In this document: piece after piece, positions 9,673-20,402 of the stretch
Layout: each line of letters begins with the position of its first letter
Numbering within the stretch: the first letter of the stretch is position 1
Source of the DNA: Candidatus Yanofskybacteria bacterium RIFCSPHIGHO2_01_FULL_41_21
GTDB lineage: Bacteria > Patescibacteriota > Minisyncoccia > 2-02-FULL-40-12 > GWA2-44-9
Reading direction: 5' to 3'
DNA length: 64,000 nucleotides
Assembly: GCA_001794025.1 (NCBI GenBank)
Contig: MGJA01000007.1
Coordinates: forward strand, 219 to 64,218
Position numbers and translations under genes: made by a program
The notes under the pieces: generated by a model
What the model saw: only the letters and a program-made list of their open reading frames with translations
What the model was told of the DNA's origin: nothing
Databases searched by the model: none

Positions 9673-12600
9673 CTAGAACAGTTTAAAGGGGGCCTTTAGG
9701 GCGGAGAAAATATCTGAAAATAAGCTCCCCACAAAACTAAACGGACCAGCACTAGAAGCGAGGTTTGTAGATGCTAATTGGGCTTGTGACCAAATAATCA
9801 TTGCATCATCTACGGCATCAGAAAGAGACCATCCCGCTATCTTGAAACTTTCACCATTTAGTTGGGTATTGCCTCTGGGGTCATACAATTCAATATAATT
9901 AAATAATGAAGCATATTTATCACTCGTCCATCTGTCAGGCAAACACTTAACAAAATTATCTTCTGCTTCATTGTTAAGCCCTTGATTCTTTAAACCTACC
10001 GTTACCAAGGCACAAACCCTGGCCCAGACCTTATTATCAAAGAACCAATTCGGTCTTGAATAAACTCCCAACCTGGATTCTTCATTAGTAGTATAACTTG
10101 GCGTATAAACAAGATTCCCTGAACCTTGATTGTTGTTATATGCACCTAAAACAGTATTTTTCACTCTCTGGCTTGTGAAGTTGTTTGTAAGTCCTATCAT
10201 AGCCATATCTGAAAAAGTTCTATTGTCATATGAACTACCAATCTTCTGGCCACTTGTTGTTATTAACCTTGAATATCTCCCAGATGCCGGATCATAACCG
10301 TTATTTTCTATGGAATTTTTTAAATTACTGGCTCTTTGGTAATATGTACCCTGGTCAGTATAATTCATGAAAGGAATACACTTTCTGGTAGCATTATATA
10401 GAAGAGCCGAAGAATAAACTGATTCACCATGAATCAAATCTGAACCAGAAAAATGGTCTATCCAGTCACCACCTTGTGTATCTAATAATCCATTTGGCTT
10501 AATATTATTAACAAATTCATAATTTAATGCCTTTAGTATATGGTTGTAAACGGTATCCATAGAACCATTCCTGTATTGTATATTTGTTTTTAGCCAATTG
10601 GAGTTTCCCATTTTTTCTACATAGGAACACGCGGCAAAAGCCAGCCATCCAACGTTATCTGACCCCCACCCTAAGTTGTTTGACCCAATTACAGGAGGGG
10701 TATTGTCCGGCTTAGACCTGTAGCCATCAGAAAAAATATTAAGACCATATGGAATTTGACCATTAGAAAACTGGGCGCTTTCCAGATAACTTTCTATGCC
10801 CCGCCTGGCCAAATCTGGGTCCAGATATAACAACCCTAGGGCTATTTGCGAAGTATCCCTGGCATTAACGGTCTCATTGTATATCCCCATCTGGTTTAGG
10901 GTTAACTTATCAACGAACGGATCCCAGAACATAGAGGTTGAGAGGGCAGAATATCCTAAAATTCTTAATTGGGTCTGAAGCTTAGCTGTTCTTGAACTTA
11001 GTCCGGGTATATTATCTGTTGTTGTTTTATAGAGGCCCTTAGTTGAATTCAGGACTGATTTTACAGTATTTATGTCTTTATATTTAACTATCAAGGCGTC
11101 CCTCTCGGATTGACTATTAAATGTCCCGACAATAAAAGCAAATTCACGACTTTCACCTGGATTTAGTGTGATATTAACTTGACCAGCAAGAATATCATCA
11201 GAAGACGCTAGGGAGTTTGTTAAATTACCAGAAACGACTGCTTGAGGATTACCTTCCGCGCCAGACCCCAAAAATGATGCCTTGGAAGAATCATAACCAA
11301 TCATGCCTTCTGTGCTCGTCAAGAACATATTCGGACTACCAGCTATGGTCAAAGTTTTAGTTATACTATCAAATGAAGCAGTTCCATCTGGCGCCATATC
11401 CTGATAGCTGAAAAATTTAAATTGTTTTGCCGTTGAACCAATATTTTTTACATTAACAAGTTGGATAATAACCGGATCTGAATGCTTATAATCTGGAACA
11501 AAATATGTTACCGAGGTCTCTAGATTTTTATAAGTTACACCTTCTTTTACATAACCTAAGCCAACCCTTGATTCAAATTTATCTTCATTTATTCCCGGTT
11601 GATAAGGATTGTTAGACCAATATGTGCTTCCATCGTTTACATACACCACCCCGCTTCCGGAGCTGGTAGGCATTAGTTTATTTAATGGATTCAATGTGTA
11701 GGCATTATTTGATGCTAGATTTGAATATTGTCTTGCCGGACTCCAGTTTGAACCATGAACATTTCTGTAGACCTTAATTCTTTCATTACTCAACCAGATT
11801 CCCTTTCCCTGAAAAGGATCCATTGCGGTTTTATCAGTAAGAACAAATTCGTTGTTATTTGTGTCAAAGTCATAACCTGATGTAGGTCCTCCTCCACAAC
11901 TTGGGACAACAAAAGTAGCAGAAGGGCCATGTTGGCCATTAAATGCTCTAGTGTAATAAGTCCCGGGATTAAGAACTAATTGAGGAAGGGGGCCAGGATA
12001 AGAACCGAATCCTGCCGGGGCCTGTATTGAATAAGAACTTCTGGCGACCGTATCGGGAAGATTTTTATTCCAGAACGAATGAGGAAAACCAGCATCTTTT
12101 GATATATCTACATAAAAACCATAAGTAGGATTGGGAGTACCTGACCATGAAATGGTGGCATTATACAGATTACCAGAACAGGAACCGAAAACAGTTGGTT
12201 GGCCGGGAGCTGTTCCAACTGGTGGGGGTGGAGGTGGGACGGAAGAACTACCACTAAAGAATATTCCGGACAAGACAGCATTATCTCCGGACACAAGTGA
12301 AATACGGATACGAACACTTCCTAAAATATCGTAAACCAAATATTTACCGTTCACAAAACTACTAACAACTCTGGAGTCCAGAACGGCGCCCGTTGCCAAA
12401 TCAAGAATATCAACGGTCTCCCCTCGATTCTTACTATCCCAGTCCAAAAAATAAAGAGCCATTCGGTGAGAATTGTTATCTTTGGGCACTACATCAACGG
12501 TAAATGTCCTCGGTGCATAAGCTACCGCCGCAATCCTGGCACTTGAAGAGCTTTTGTTCAAAGCCCGAATATCGGTTGTATTATCGGACCAAGTCCACAA

Positions 12601-15573
12601 TGAATTTCCACTTGGAGTTACGGTAAAATTGGAGATATTTGAACTTTCATTAAAGATAACCGACCCCTCGTTACCATAATTATTTTTCCAATTTCCTTGG
12701 GTTGAAGTATCGGTCGTGACAAAGCTTGCTCTTGCCGTCGCTCCACCACAATTTGGAACATTGAATGGCGTTACTGTGCTGTGCTGGCCATTAAAGACTC
12801 GGGTGTAATAGGTGCCAGGATTAAGGACTAGGGTCGGTAAAGGCATATCGGGCGGATAATAACCAAACCCTGTTGGAGCTTCGGTAGAATAAGTGGTTCC
12901 GGAAACATTTTTATTCCAAAAGGGTTTCGGTAAATTCCCATCACTTAGCACGCTCGTTGAAATATCTACATAGAAACCAAAAGTATTGGGAGTGCCGGAC
13001 CAAGAGATGGTGGCGTTACCGGTCCCGTTTAAACATGAGACGGAGACGGTTGGTTTAGTTGGGGCCGATCCAACCGGCGATCCTGGCCCTGGTCCCGGTC
13101 CTGGAACAGGTGCCGGGGTGCCAAAATTTCGGTTAGTCGATTCTTTTATAGCAAACCCTGAATAAGATACATTGCGAAAATTGGCCACCGCAGTCGCCCC
13201 CCCATCTTCTTGCATGATATTTCCTACAATAGCAGAAGGAGAGTGAGGAATATCAATTATTAGATTTAAATTAGCACTAGCAGAAGTGATCTGAATCTTT
13301 TTACTAAATCCATCATTATAAGTTCCCAATGTGGTAACAACAATATCAGAAACTTTTTGGACATTTTCTCCGCCAAATTGGATCAAAGCATAATTAGCAA
13401 AATACTGAGAAACATTGTTTGGATTCCTTAAAATAGACACTGCTACTGTCAGTTGCCCCATATTGGCAAAAATCCAATCATGGTTTAAGGCAGTACCATT
13501 TGAAGAAACTGAAGCAGAAAACTTATTAGAGGCAACTGAGGAACTAGTAAAAGATTGACCATACTGATGATCGTTCTCGGATAAATCTTGATTTAGAGTC
13601 ACAGCATGTGAACCAAAGCTCATATTTCCACTAACTGACATTAATTGTGAATAATAACCAGGAGACACGACCGATTGAGAGACCTGTACATCCCCATGAT
13701 TAAATAATTTTTTACCAACAAACAGTCCATTAAAACTAAATCCGGGCGTGGTAATAATCACACGATCTCCACCAGCTTCCTCTGACCCTTTATAACTAAC
13801 CCCTGATCCTGTAAAAGTAACACTGAACCCTGAATTGGAAGCACTTATACTGCCAGGATACACATTGGTCGTAATAGTTCCGTTAGGAGTTCCCGTTATG
13901 ATTAATAGGGCCGATCCAAATGACGATGTTTCGCCAACTGAAAAAATTGCCCAATAACCATCACTGCTTCTCACCCAATGGTATTGCCACTCAAAAATAA
14001 TATCTAATCCGCCATAATGCCAACCTTTTTGTTGTGGCGTAAGAATTGGTGGTGTGATTATAGGCGAGGGAGTTATCGTAGGTGTAGGTGTAATAGTCGG
14101 AGTTGGAGTTGTTGTTGGGGTCGGAGTGGTGGTTGGGGTAGAGGTCGGCGTCGGTGTAGTGCAAACAGGAACAGAAAAAGAGCCGGCTTGGCTGTGTTGA
14201 CCATTAAATACTCGGGTGTAATAAGTTGTACCGGGTTGGAGAGATAGGGTTTGGTTTTGGCTTGGATATATTCCCAGAAAACCGGAAGTAGTGGTTGATG
14301 TAGCGGAACTGACATTTTTGTTGTAGAAGGAACCGAAACCTGAATCATCATCCACGTCTATATAGAATCCGTAGCTGGAATTAGGGGTGCCTGACCAAGA
14401 TATAGTGGCGTTGTAAGCGCCGGATGAACAGGCCGAAAGACCCGAAACAACAGGTTGGGAAGGAGCGGGGGTTGGAGTGGCGGTGGAAGTAGGAGAAGAA
14501 CTTTTAATAAAATCAGCCGTTCCACAAGGAATATTCTCATAACCATTACCATTCATATATACGTGAGAATAGAATTGCCCGGAATCAACTCTGCCCACTT
14601 TGTGTTTAGAAAAATCTATTGTTGCCTTCCATGTTCCATTTCCTAAATTTGATCCTTGATACCAAATAAGATCATCTTGCCCATCAACGGACGACCAAGA
14701 TGGAAAATAAACCGTAGAAGTTGACTGTACACCATAAGCATAAACATCATGGGTGGATGCGTTATATGCGATAGTTGCATTTGAAGGCCCCGCACTTGTG
14801 CAAGAAGGTTTTTCTATTATCACCGGTGTCGGAGTGGGACATATCGGTACAGAAAAAGAATTTGCGGTACTGTGCTGACCATTAAAAACTCGGGTGTAAT
14901 AAGTTATACCGGGTTGAAGAGATAGGGTTTGGTTTTGACTTGGATATATTCCCAGAAAACCGGAAGTAGTGGTTGATGTAGCGGAACTGACATTTTTGTT
15001 GTAGAAGGAACCAAAACCTGAATCATCATCTACATCTACATAGAAGCCATAACTTGGGTTAGGGGTGCCTGACCAAGAGATGGTGGCGTTGTAAGCAATA
15101 TTTGAACAAGTCGGGAGACCGCTGATTACAGGTTGAGAGGGAGCAGGAGTCGGAGTGGGGGCAGGAGCAGTACAAGCGGGAACATTAAAAGAAATACCCG
15201 GAGAACTATTTGGGTAATGGGTTCCACTCCAAACTCTAGTATAATATGTGGTACCAGGATTTAATTGAATCGCCCCAGATGGGGTTGGCTCTCCAAATTG
15301 AGAAGCCCCGAAGCCACTTATGGCTTGGGTAGACCTTGATCCCCCTGAAACCTGTTTATTCCAAAAAGTTCCAAAAGAAATATCGGGAGTCACATCAACA
15401 AAATAGCCCCAAGTCGAATCTGGGGCCACATCCCAACTTATGTCTACTGAATAAGGACCACTGGCACATACTGGTTTACCGGAGATCCAAACACTGGCAG
15501 CACTGGAATCATTAGGCAGAGATAAAACACCAAAAACTATCAGACCACAAAAAACGGAGATCTTTTTTATCAT
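9673..15573 (-). CDS. 1966-aa secreted multidomain protein: five ~90-aa repeats, GBS Bsp-like repeat, PT linkers, C-terminal GH94-like domain
   Basis: Signal peptide; repeated ISWSGTPN..GFYVD..TYYTRVFNGQH; VYFPSWSSVDGQDDLIWYQG; ARDTSQ, GGDWID, GESVY. Confidence 0.75.
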   Translation of the reverse strand: MIKKISVFCGLIVFGVLSLPNDSSAASVWISGKPVCASGPYSVDISWDVAPDSTWGYFVDVTPDISFGTFWNKQVSGGSRSTQAISGFGASQFGEPTPSGAIQLNPGTTYYTRVWSGTHYPNSSPGISFNVPACTAPAPTPTPAPSQPVISGLPTCSNIAYNATISWSGTPNPSYGFYVDVDDDSGFGSFYNKNVSSATSTTTSGFLGIYPSQNQTLSLQPGITYYTRVFNGQHSTANSFSVPICPTPTPVIIEKPSCTSAGPSNATIAYNASTHDVYAYGVQSTSTVYFPSWSSVDGQDDLIWYQGSNLGNGTWKATIDFSKHKVGRVDSGQFYSHVYMNGNGYENIPCGTADFIKSSSPTSTATPTPAPSQPVVSGLSACSSGAYNATISWSGTPNSSYGFYIDVDDDSGFGSFYNKNVSSATSTTTSGFLGIYPSQNQTLSLQPGTTYYTRVFNGQHSQAGSFSVPVCTTPTPTSTPTTTPTPTTTPTPTITPTPTITPSPIITPPILTPQQKGWHYGGLDIIFEWQYHWVRSSDGYWAIFSVGETSSFGSALLIITGTPNGTITTNVYPGSISASNSGFSVTFTGSGVSYKGSEEAGGDRVIITTPGFSFNGLFVGKKLFNHGDVQVSQSVVSPGYYSQLMSVSGNMSFGSHAVTLNQDLSENDHQYGQSFTSSSVASNKFSASVSSNGTALNHDWIFANMGQLTVAVSILRNPNNVSQYFANYALIQFGGENVQKVSDIVVTTLGTYNDGFSKKIQITSASANLNLIIDIPHSPSAIVGNIMQEDGGATAVANFRNVSYSGFAIKESTNRNFGTPAPVPGPGPGPGSPVGSAPTKPTVSVSCLNGTGNATISWSGTPNTFGFYVDISTSVLSDGNLPKPFWNKNVSGTTYSTEAPTGFGYYPPDMPLPTLVLNPGTYYTRVFNGQHSTVTPFNVPNCGGATARASFVTTDTSTQGNWKNNYGNEGSVIFNESSNISNFTVTPSGNSLWTWSDNTTDIRALNKSSSSARIAAVAYAPRTFTVDVVPKDNNSHRMALYFLDWDSKNRGETVDILDLATGAVLDSRVVSSFVNGKYLVYDILGSVRIRISLVSGDNAVLSGIFFSGSSSVPPPPPPVGTAPGQPTVFGSCSGNLYNATISWSGTPNPTYGFYVDISKDAGFPHSFWNKNLPDTVARSSYSIQAPAGFGSYPGPLPQLVLNPGTYYTRAFNGQHGPSATFVVPSCGGGPTSGYDFDTNNNEFVLTDKTAMDPFQGKGIWLSNERIKVYRNVHGSNWSPARQYSNLASNNAYTLNPLNKLMPTSSGSGVVYVNDGSTYWSNNPYQPGINEDKFESRVGLGYVKEGVTYKNLETSVTYFVPDYKHSDPVIIQLVNVKNIGSTAKQFKFFSYQDMAPDGTASFDSITKTLTIAGSPNMFLTSTEGMIGYDSSKASFLGSGAEGNPQAVVSGNLTNSLASSDDILAGQVNITLNPGESREFAFIVGTFNSQSERDALIVKYKDINTVKSVLNSTKGLYKTTTDNIPGLSSRTAKLQTQLRILGYSALSTSMFWDPFVDKLTLNQMGIYNETVNARDTSQIALGLLYLDPDLARRGIESYLESAQFSNGQIPYGLNIFSDGYRSKPDNTPPVIGSNNLGWGSDNVGWLAFAACSYVEKMGNSNWLKTNIQYRNGSMDTVYNHILKALNYEFVNNIKPNGLLDTQGGDWIDHFSGSDLIHGESVYSSALLYNATRKCIPFMNYTDQGTYYQRASNLKNSIENNGYDPASGRYSRLITTSGQKIGSSYDNRTFSDMAMIGLTNNFTSQRVKNTVLGAYNNNQGSGNLVYTPSYTTNEESRLGVYSRPNWFFDNKVWARVCALVTVGLKNQGLNNEAEDNFVKCLPDRWTSDKYASLFNYIELYDPRGNTQLNGESFKIAGWSLSDAVDDAMIIWSQAQLASTNLASSAGPFSFVGSLFSDIFSALKAPFKLF
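14198..15096. repeat. Near-identical ~220-bp intragenic direct repeat (14198-14418 and 14876-15096)
   Basis: Same sequence at offset 678, encoding duplicated domains. Confidence 0.85.
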
Positions 15574-15620
15574 TTTAGATATATTCTCATGGTACTATAA
15601 AATAGTAAATAATTATCCAC

Positions 15621-18314
15621 TTATTTTATTTCCTCCATCTCGGACCAATTATCACCGCACTTGGCATCAACAATAATCGGAACATTGAAATGATGAGCCG
15701 ATTCCATAATTTCTTTAATTTCTTTTGAAACTTTTTCAACCAAATCTCGTCTGACCTCAAATAACAGTTCATCATGAACCTGAAGCAACATCCTGACAGC
15801 TTGTCCTGAGCCCGTCGAAGGATCATTAAAATATTTTTCATCAATAAGTTTCTGAACGTTAATCATAGCGATTTTAATAAGGTCGGCTGAAGTACCCTGA
15901 ACCGGCATATTAATGGCCATCCGTTCAGCGCTGGCCCGAAGCATTGGCATAGTTGAAAGGATATCAGGAATCGGCCGACGACGACCAAAAAGTGTTGATA
16001 CATAACCATCTTTCCGGGCCTTCTGTTTTGTTTCTTCCATAAATCTGGCCAGCCCCGAAAATTCTTTATTATAATTATCAATAAAAATCTTTGCTTCTGC
16101 CCGGCTCACACCAGACGCCCGCTGAAATCCCAGCAAGCCCATACCGTAGAGAACGCCAAAATTTAACGTCTTGGCCTGCCGGCGCATTTCTTGGGTTACG
16201 GCTGAAGCGTCAACTCCAAAAACATTAGCAGCGGTTCTGGTGTGAATATCTTCTCCCCTCTTAAAAGCATCGGTCATGTCGGGATCACCTGAAAGATGGG
16301 CGGCAACCCGTAAATCAAGTTGAGAATAATCACAAGACAACAGAACAAAATCTTTTTCTGCAATAAATGCTTTTCTGAATTCTTGGCCAATCTCGGTCCG
16401 AACAGGGATATTTTGCAGATTTGGATCTTGGCTTGATAATCGTCCGGTGGTGGTACCGGTCTGGTTATAAGTTGTATGGACCCGCCCCTCTGAATCAATC
16501 AAGGTCGGGAACGGTTCAATATAGGTTGTTTTGAGCTTCTGAAGTTCACGATACTTTAAGATAAGATTAATAATCGGATGCTCTTCAGCCAGTTTCTCAA
16601 GTTCGCCATGGGCCGTTGAAAGGGCTCCCTTGCCCGTCTTACGGACCTTGCCTTTTAAATCCAGTCCGGCAGGTGCCGGATCAAACAACACCACCGACAA
16701 TTGTTTGGGGGAATTAATGTTAAATTTTCCGCCGGCCATTTTCGAAATTTTTTCTTCAAGATTATTAAGTTCTTTCGTGATAATAATGCTAAGTTTTTCC
16801 AATCCCTTCACATCAATTTTAATCCCCGCCCGTTCCATTAAAGCCAAGATCGGACTTAACGGCAATTCTATATCGTTTAGAACTTTCGTCAGATCAAATT
16901 CCCTTAATTTCATCTCGTAGTGTTCCTTGAGCATGTCTATATATCCAAGCCGTTTGAGCGGTTCGGGCCCCATGTCCCGTCCAAATTCCAAGAAAAACAA
17001 TCTTTCCAGAAGAAAATCCTTAACCTCCGAATTCAAAAGATAGGCGGCTAACTTTGTATCAAATACAAACCCGGCGGGGGTTATTCCTTTTTCAAGTGCC
17101 CAGCGGTAAATCATCTTTATGTCATGACCAATTTTTTTAATATTCGGATTGCTTATAATTTTACCGAATTGGGTCAAAACATTTCCGTCTTTTAATATTG
17201 TTTCAGGGAACCCTTGGCTGGAAACGATGCCGTCTTTGTCTGAAAACCTAAGCAATACAATCCCCAGATGAATATCCAAAACAACTTCATCTGCAGATTC
17301 CAATTGGTGTAATATTTTTCCCACCTCGTCTGCCGAACCGGCAAAAACTGTTTTGATATCATCCTTGGGGGCATCAAATAAGCTGGCCGGCTCTGAAGTA
17401 CTCCCATTTATTTCTCCCAAACGTTTCACAATATTATACAGGGCCAAGTCCTTAAGCAGTTTCTCAAGAGCCAACTTGTCCAAGTGTTTCCGCCATTCAG
17501 TTTTCCCTAAATCAAAATCAATATCAACGTCCCGAATAATCGTCGCTAAGTGTTTAGAAAAAAACGCTTGGTCTTTGTTATCAATAAGTTTCTGAATCAG
17601 TTTTTCTGATAATTCTTTATTTTTTATCTTTGATTTTTTATCTTTGATATCTTCAATGTTTTTATATAAATTCTCTAAACTTCCAAATGTACCGATAAGC
17701 ATTGAGGCCGTCTTGTCCCCAATCCCTGGCACTCCCGGAATATTGTCGGACGGATCGCCTTTCAAACCTTTAAAATCAATGAGCTGGGACGGTTCCAAAC
17801 CGTAGCGGGCTTTAACCTCTTTTTCGTTATAAGTAACTGTATCCGTCACACCTTTACGGAGCGTGAAAACAACAACTTTGTCCCCTTCCACCAACTGAAG
17901 CGTGTCTAAATCACCGGTCATGATAATAACCTGCAAATCATCAACGGTCTTGGCTTGTTCCGCCAACGCGCCGATCAAATCATCGGCCTCAAATCCCGCC
18001 TTTTCAAAAATTGGAATACCAAACTTGGTCAAAATTTCCTTAATATACGGAATCTGCAAATAAAGTTCATCCGGTGCTTTAACACGATGACTCTTGTATT
18101 CAGCAAACTCTTCATGCCGAAAAGTCGCCCCCGGTAAATCAAAAGTGGCTACAATATAATCCGGCTTTAAATCTTTAATCATCTTGATCATCACCGACAT
18201 AAATCCGAAAATAGCGTTTGTCGGAACGCCCGTGGAAGTATTAAGTGTCGGCGGGAGAGCATGAAACGCCCGATGGACTAACGCATTGGAATCTATTAAA
18301 ACCAGCTTCTTCAT
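15621..18314 (-). CDS. polA: DNA polymerase I
   Basis: MKKLVLIDS start at 18314; GLKGDPSDNIPGV; TGRLSS; DYSQ; QVHDEL. Confidence 0.97.
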   Translation of the reverse strand: MKKLVLIDSNALVHRAFHALPPTLNTSTGVPTNAIFGFMSVMIKMIKDLKPDYIVATFDLPGATFRHEEFAEYKSHRVKAPDELYLQIPYIKEILTKFGIPIFEKAGFEADDLIGALAEQAKTVDDLQVIIMTGDLDTLQLVEGDKVVVFTLRKGVTDTVTYNEKEVKARYGLEPSQLIDFKGLKGDPSDNIPGVPGIGDKTASMLIGTFGSLENLYKNIEDIKDKKSKIKNKELSEKLIQKLIDNKDQAFFSKHLATIIRDVDIDFDLGKTEWRKHLDKLALEKLLKDLALYNIVKRLGEINGSTSEPASLFDAPKDDIKTVFAGSADEVGKILHQLESADEVVLDIHLGIVLLRFSDKDGIVSSQGFPETILKDGNVLTQFGKIISNPNIKKIGHDIKMIYRWALEKGITPAGFVFDTKLAAYLLNSEVKDFLLERLFFLEFGRDMGPEPLKRLGYIDMLKEHYEMKLREFDLTKVLNDIELPLSPILALMERAGIKIDVKGLEKLSIIITKELNNLEEKISKMAGGKFNINSPKQLSVVLFDPAPAGLDLKGKVRKTGKGALSTAHGELEKLAEEHPIINLILKYRELQKLKTTYIEPFPTLIDSEGRVHTTYNQTGTTTGRLSSQDPNLQNIPVRTEIGQEFRKAFIAEKDFVLLSCDYSQLDLRVAAHLSGDPDMTDAFKRGEDIHTRTAANVFGVDASAVTQEMRRQAKTLNFGVLYGMGLLGFQRASGVSRAEAKIFIDNYNKEFSGLARFMEETKQKARKDGYVSTLFGRRRPIPDILSTMPMLRASAERMAINMPVQGTSADLIKIAMINVQKLIDEKYFNDPSTGSGQAVRMLLQVHDELLFEVRRDLVEKVSKEIKEIMESAHHFNVPIIVDAKCGDNWSEMEEIK

Positions 18315-18322
18315 AATTGCAT

Positions 18323-18436
18323 AATAATTGAGAACTAACCCTTTCGCCCCAGACCCAGGAAACCAGTCCCGTCGGTTTCCCCACTGCTGTGGGTCCCCTT
18401 CCACTACTGGGTCTTAAAGGTCGGTTCTCAATTATT
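18323..18436. mobile_element. Second copy of the recG-type structured element, between tsaE and polA
   Basis: Reverse complement shares ccagtag.gga.gggg.ccc...gggactggtt.cc.gggtctggggcga.agggt with 4114-4220. Confidence 0.75.
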
Positions 18437-18898
18437 TTCTGTTATTGATATGTTTCTTGTTTGTTCCGAGACACCTGCCCGTCCAACTGGCGGGTGGTCT
18501 ATATGGATTATCCAGTGATTTTTTGGGAGAATATCCGCTACTCGTTCCGCCCATTCAATCAAAATAATCGTCCCCCGAAGATGGACAATATCTCCACCGC
18601 CAAGCGGAATCAAATCAACAGAATTATTTAATCTGTAACAATCTAGATGATAAAGAGTGTGATAATTGGGCACGTTATGTATGCCATAATGCTTCATTAA
18701 AACAAAAGTGGGACTTTTTAAATGTTTCTGCACCCCTAACGCTTCGGCAAAGGCCTGCGTAAAAGTCGTTTTGCCTGCACCAAGTTCACCTTCCAAAGCA
18801 ATGACAATTGGTTTACCGCCACCTTCCCGCGTTAATTCCAATGCCTGCTCTTTAGCAAATTTTTGAGTATCTTCAGGACTGTGAGAAATATATTGCAT
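18428..18898 (-). CDS. tsaE: tRNA threonylcarbamoyladenosine biosynthesis ATPase TsaE
   Basis: GELGAGKTTF, SPTF, HLDCYRL, IEWAE. Confidence 0.95.
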   Translation of the reverse strand: MQYISHSPEDTQKFAKEQALELTREGGGKPIVIALEGELGAGKTTFTQAFAEALGVQKHLKSPTFVLMKHYGIHNVPNYHTLYHLDCYRLNNSVDLIPLGGGDIVHLRGTIILIEWAERVADILPKNHWIIHIDHPPVGRAGVSEQTRNISITENN

Positions 18899-18933
18899 CC
18901 CGCTTATAATAGCTTTTTTAGGTTATTTTTCAA

Positions 18934-19051
18934 CCCCGCCGTTGAAGAACAGTAAGACCCCACAAGAGCGAACTGAAACCTAATAGTGACTATCGGTGTT
19001 GAAATATCTCGTTACAATAAAAAATGAAACCACTGTTCTTCAACGGCGGGG
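18934..19051. mobile_element. 118-bp MITE-like element with 20-bp perfect terminal inverted repeats
   Basis: ccccgccgttgaagaacagt / actgttcttcaacggcgggg; same ends as 51904-51981. Confidence 0.8.
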
Positions 19052-19115
19052 CCAATAAAAAACGGCCGGCGCCTGATACCCGAAGGTATCATTCACCGGC
19101 CACGTACAACCCGCC

Positions 19116-20225
19116 TTACGACGGCTTCGTCGGAGGTGCTTCATTGGCTTCAATCTTTCTGAAGACCTTCCCCACGACCCCTACGGCGCCTTCCAGTAAA
19201 CCATTCTGACCATCGTGAAATACGAAGGTCCCGGCACCTTTACCCATCTCCAGTGCCGCCTTTGTCCTGTCGTCAATGGTCATATAGTCCGCCGCTGATT
19301 GGGATGTCCTAAGTTTTAGGGCTGGGTCTCCGTCCTTTCTCCAGCCAAAAATCTTGGCAACCTTTTGTAGGGGCGCGGCTTTGCTTTCCGCTTCAAGAAT
19401 CTCCTTCTGCTTTTGAGCTTCAGCATCCAAGATAATCTTCTGCTTCTCACCTTCAGCAGTAGTAATCTTGGCTTTCTTTTCTTGTTCAGCTGCGAGAACG
19501 CTCTGGGTAGCAGTAGCCACCAACGCCTCGCCAGCTTTCCTTGCCTCAAATGGGGCCTGGAGAACTTTCCTTACTGATTCTGGTGGAACAACTTCCTCCA
19601 TCTTGAACCATATTACCTTATCCCCCCAATGTTCCACCCCATCACTTATCCCTTCGATGATTTCGTTCTTGATGACATCAGGTTTATCAAGAATTCCTGG
19701 AATTTCTTCAGTTCCTTGAAGAGGATGCTTACCGAAGACACTTCGGATAGTACCATTGGCAATCACTTTGAGTGATTCTCGGACTGGCCCGGCAAGCGCG
19801 AAAGTACTCTTGTAAGCAGCATCGGGATCTTCTCCCATTTGATTACCAATTTGAAATTGGACTTCGGGAATCGTGATACCATCTTGGGTTATGGTGTTTT
19901 TAACGATGAAGATGCGGCTGAATATCCGGGTAGACCGAACACCTTTTGGTGTTTTCTTGTATCTTCTATCAATTCCGTCTTCTCGAATAAGTTCTACCTG
20001 CCCAGCTTCAGTTGTTGAAGTTGGCATATTCTCGGTTTCGGTCTGTCTTGAAGTTGCAATCTCTTCAATACCCCGAATCGTGAATTGAAGACCGGGGTCG
20101 AGAGTCCGGAAATATTTCCCGAAAATCGTCATCACCCAACGCTCATCTTGCGGAACCTGATTCGGCTTAGCAAAGATGATGAATAAAACCAGTAACCAAA
20201 TCACCATGTCCAGTCCTGTCATCAT
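19116..20225 (-). CDS. SPFH/band 7 domain membrane protein
   Basis: N-terminal TM; FGKYFRTLDPGL; AEQEKKAKITTAEGEKQ coiled coil; AGGAGG SD. Confidence 0.8.
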   Translation of the reverse strand: MMTGLDMVIWLLVLFIIFAKPNQVPQDERWVMTIFGKYFRTLDPGLQFTIRGIEEIATSRQTETENMPTSTTEAGQVELIREDGIDRRYKKTPKGVRSTRIFSRIFIVKNTITQDGITIPEVQFQIGNQMGEDPDAAYKSTFALAGPVRESLKVIANGTIRSVFGKHPLQGTEEIPGILDKPDVIKNEIIEGISDGVEHWGDKVIWFKMEEVVPPESVRKVLQAPFEARKAGEALVATATQSVLAAEQEKKAKITTAEGEKQKIILDAEAQKQKEILEAESKAAPLQKVAKIFGWRKDGDPALKLRTSQSAADYMTIDDRTKAALEMGKGAGTFVFHDGQNGLLEGAVGVVGKVFRKIEANEAPPTKPS

Positions 20226-20347
20226 AGACCTCCTAACGGGTTTCTGAAATATTATGTAAACGAGCTTTCGTCCTCTGTTTCGTATTCATACTATACTATG
20301 TTTTTTAGTATTTTGTCAAACTTTAATCGTCTTATAAAAATTAAAAA

Positions 20348-20379
20348 ACTGCGGTATCGGGTTCGCCCGATACCGCAGT
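20348..20379. terminator. GC-rich terminator hairpin
   Basis: actgcggtatcggg-ttcg-cccgataccgcagt next to an A/T run. Confidence 0.7.
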
Positions 20380-20402
20380 CGCGTGGGCCTTTCGGCCCGT
20401 AC

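Noticed and set aside
18315-18404. N-terminal extensions of polA (also pilC at 48932 and the minor pilin at 52456)
   Set aside because: They translate inserted palindromic elements or upstream DNA; conserved starts lie downstream.
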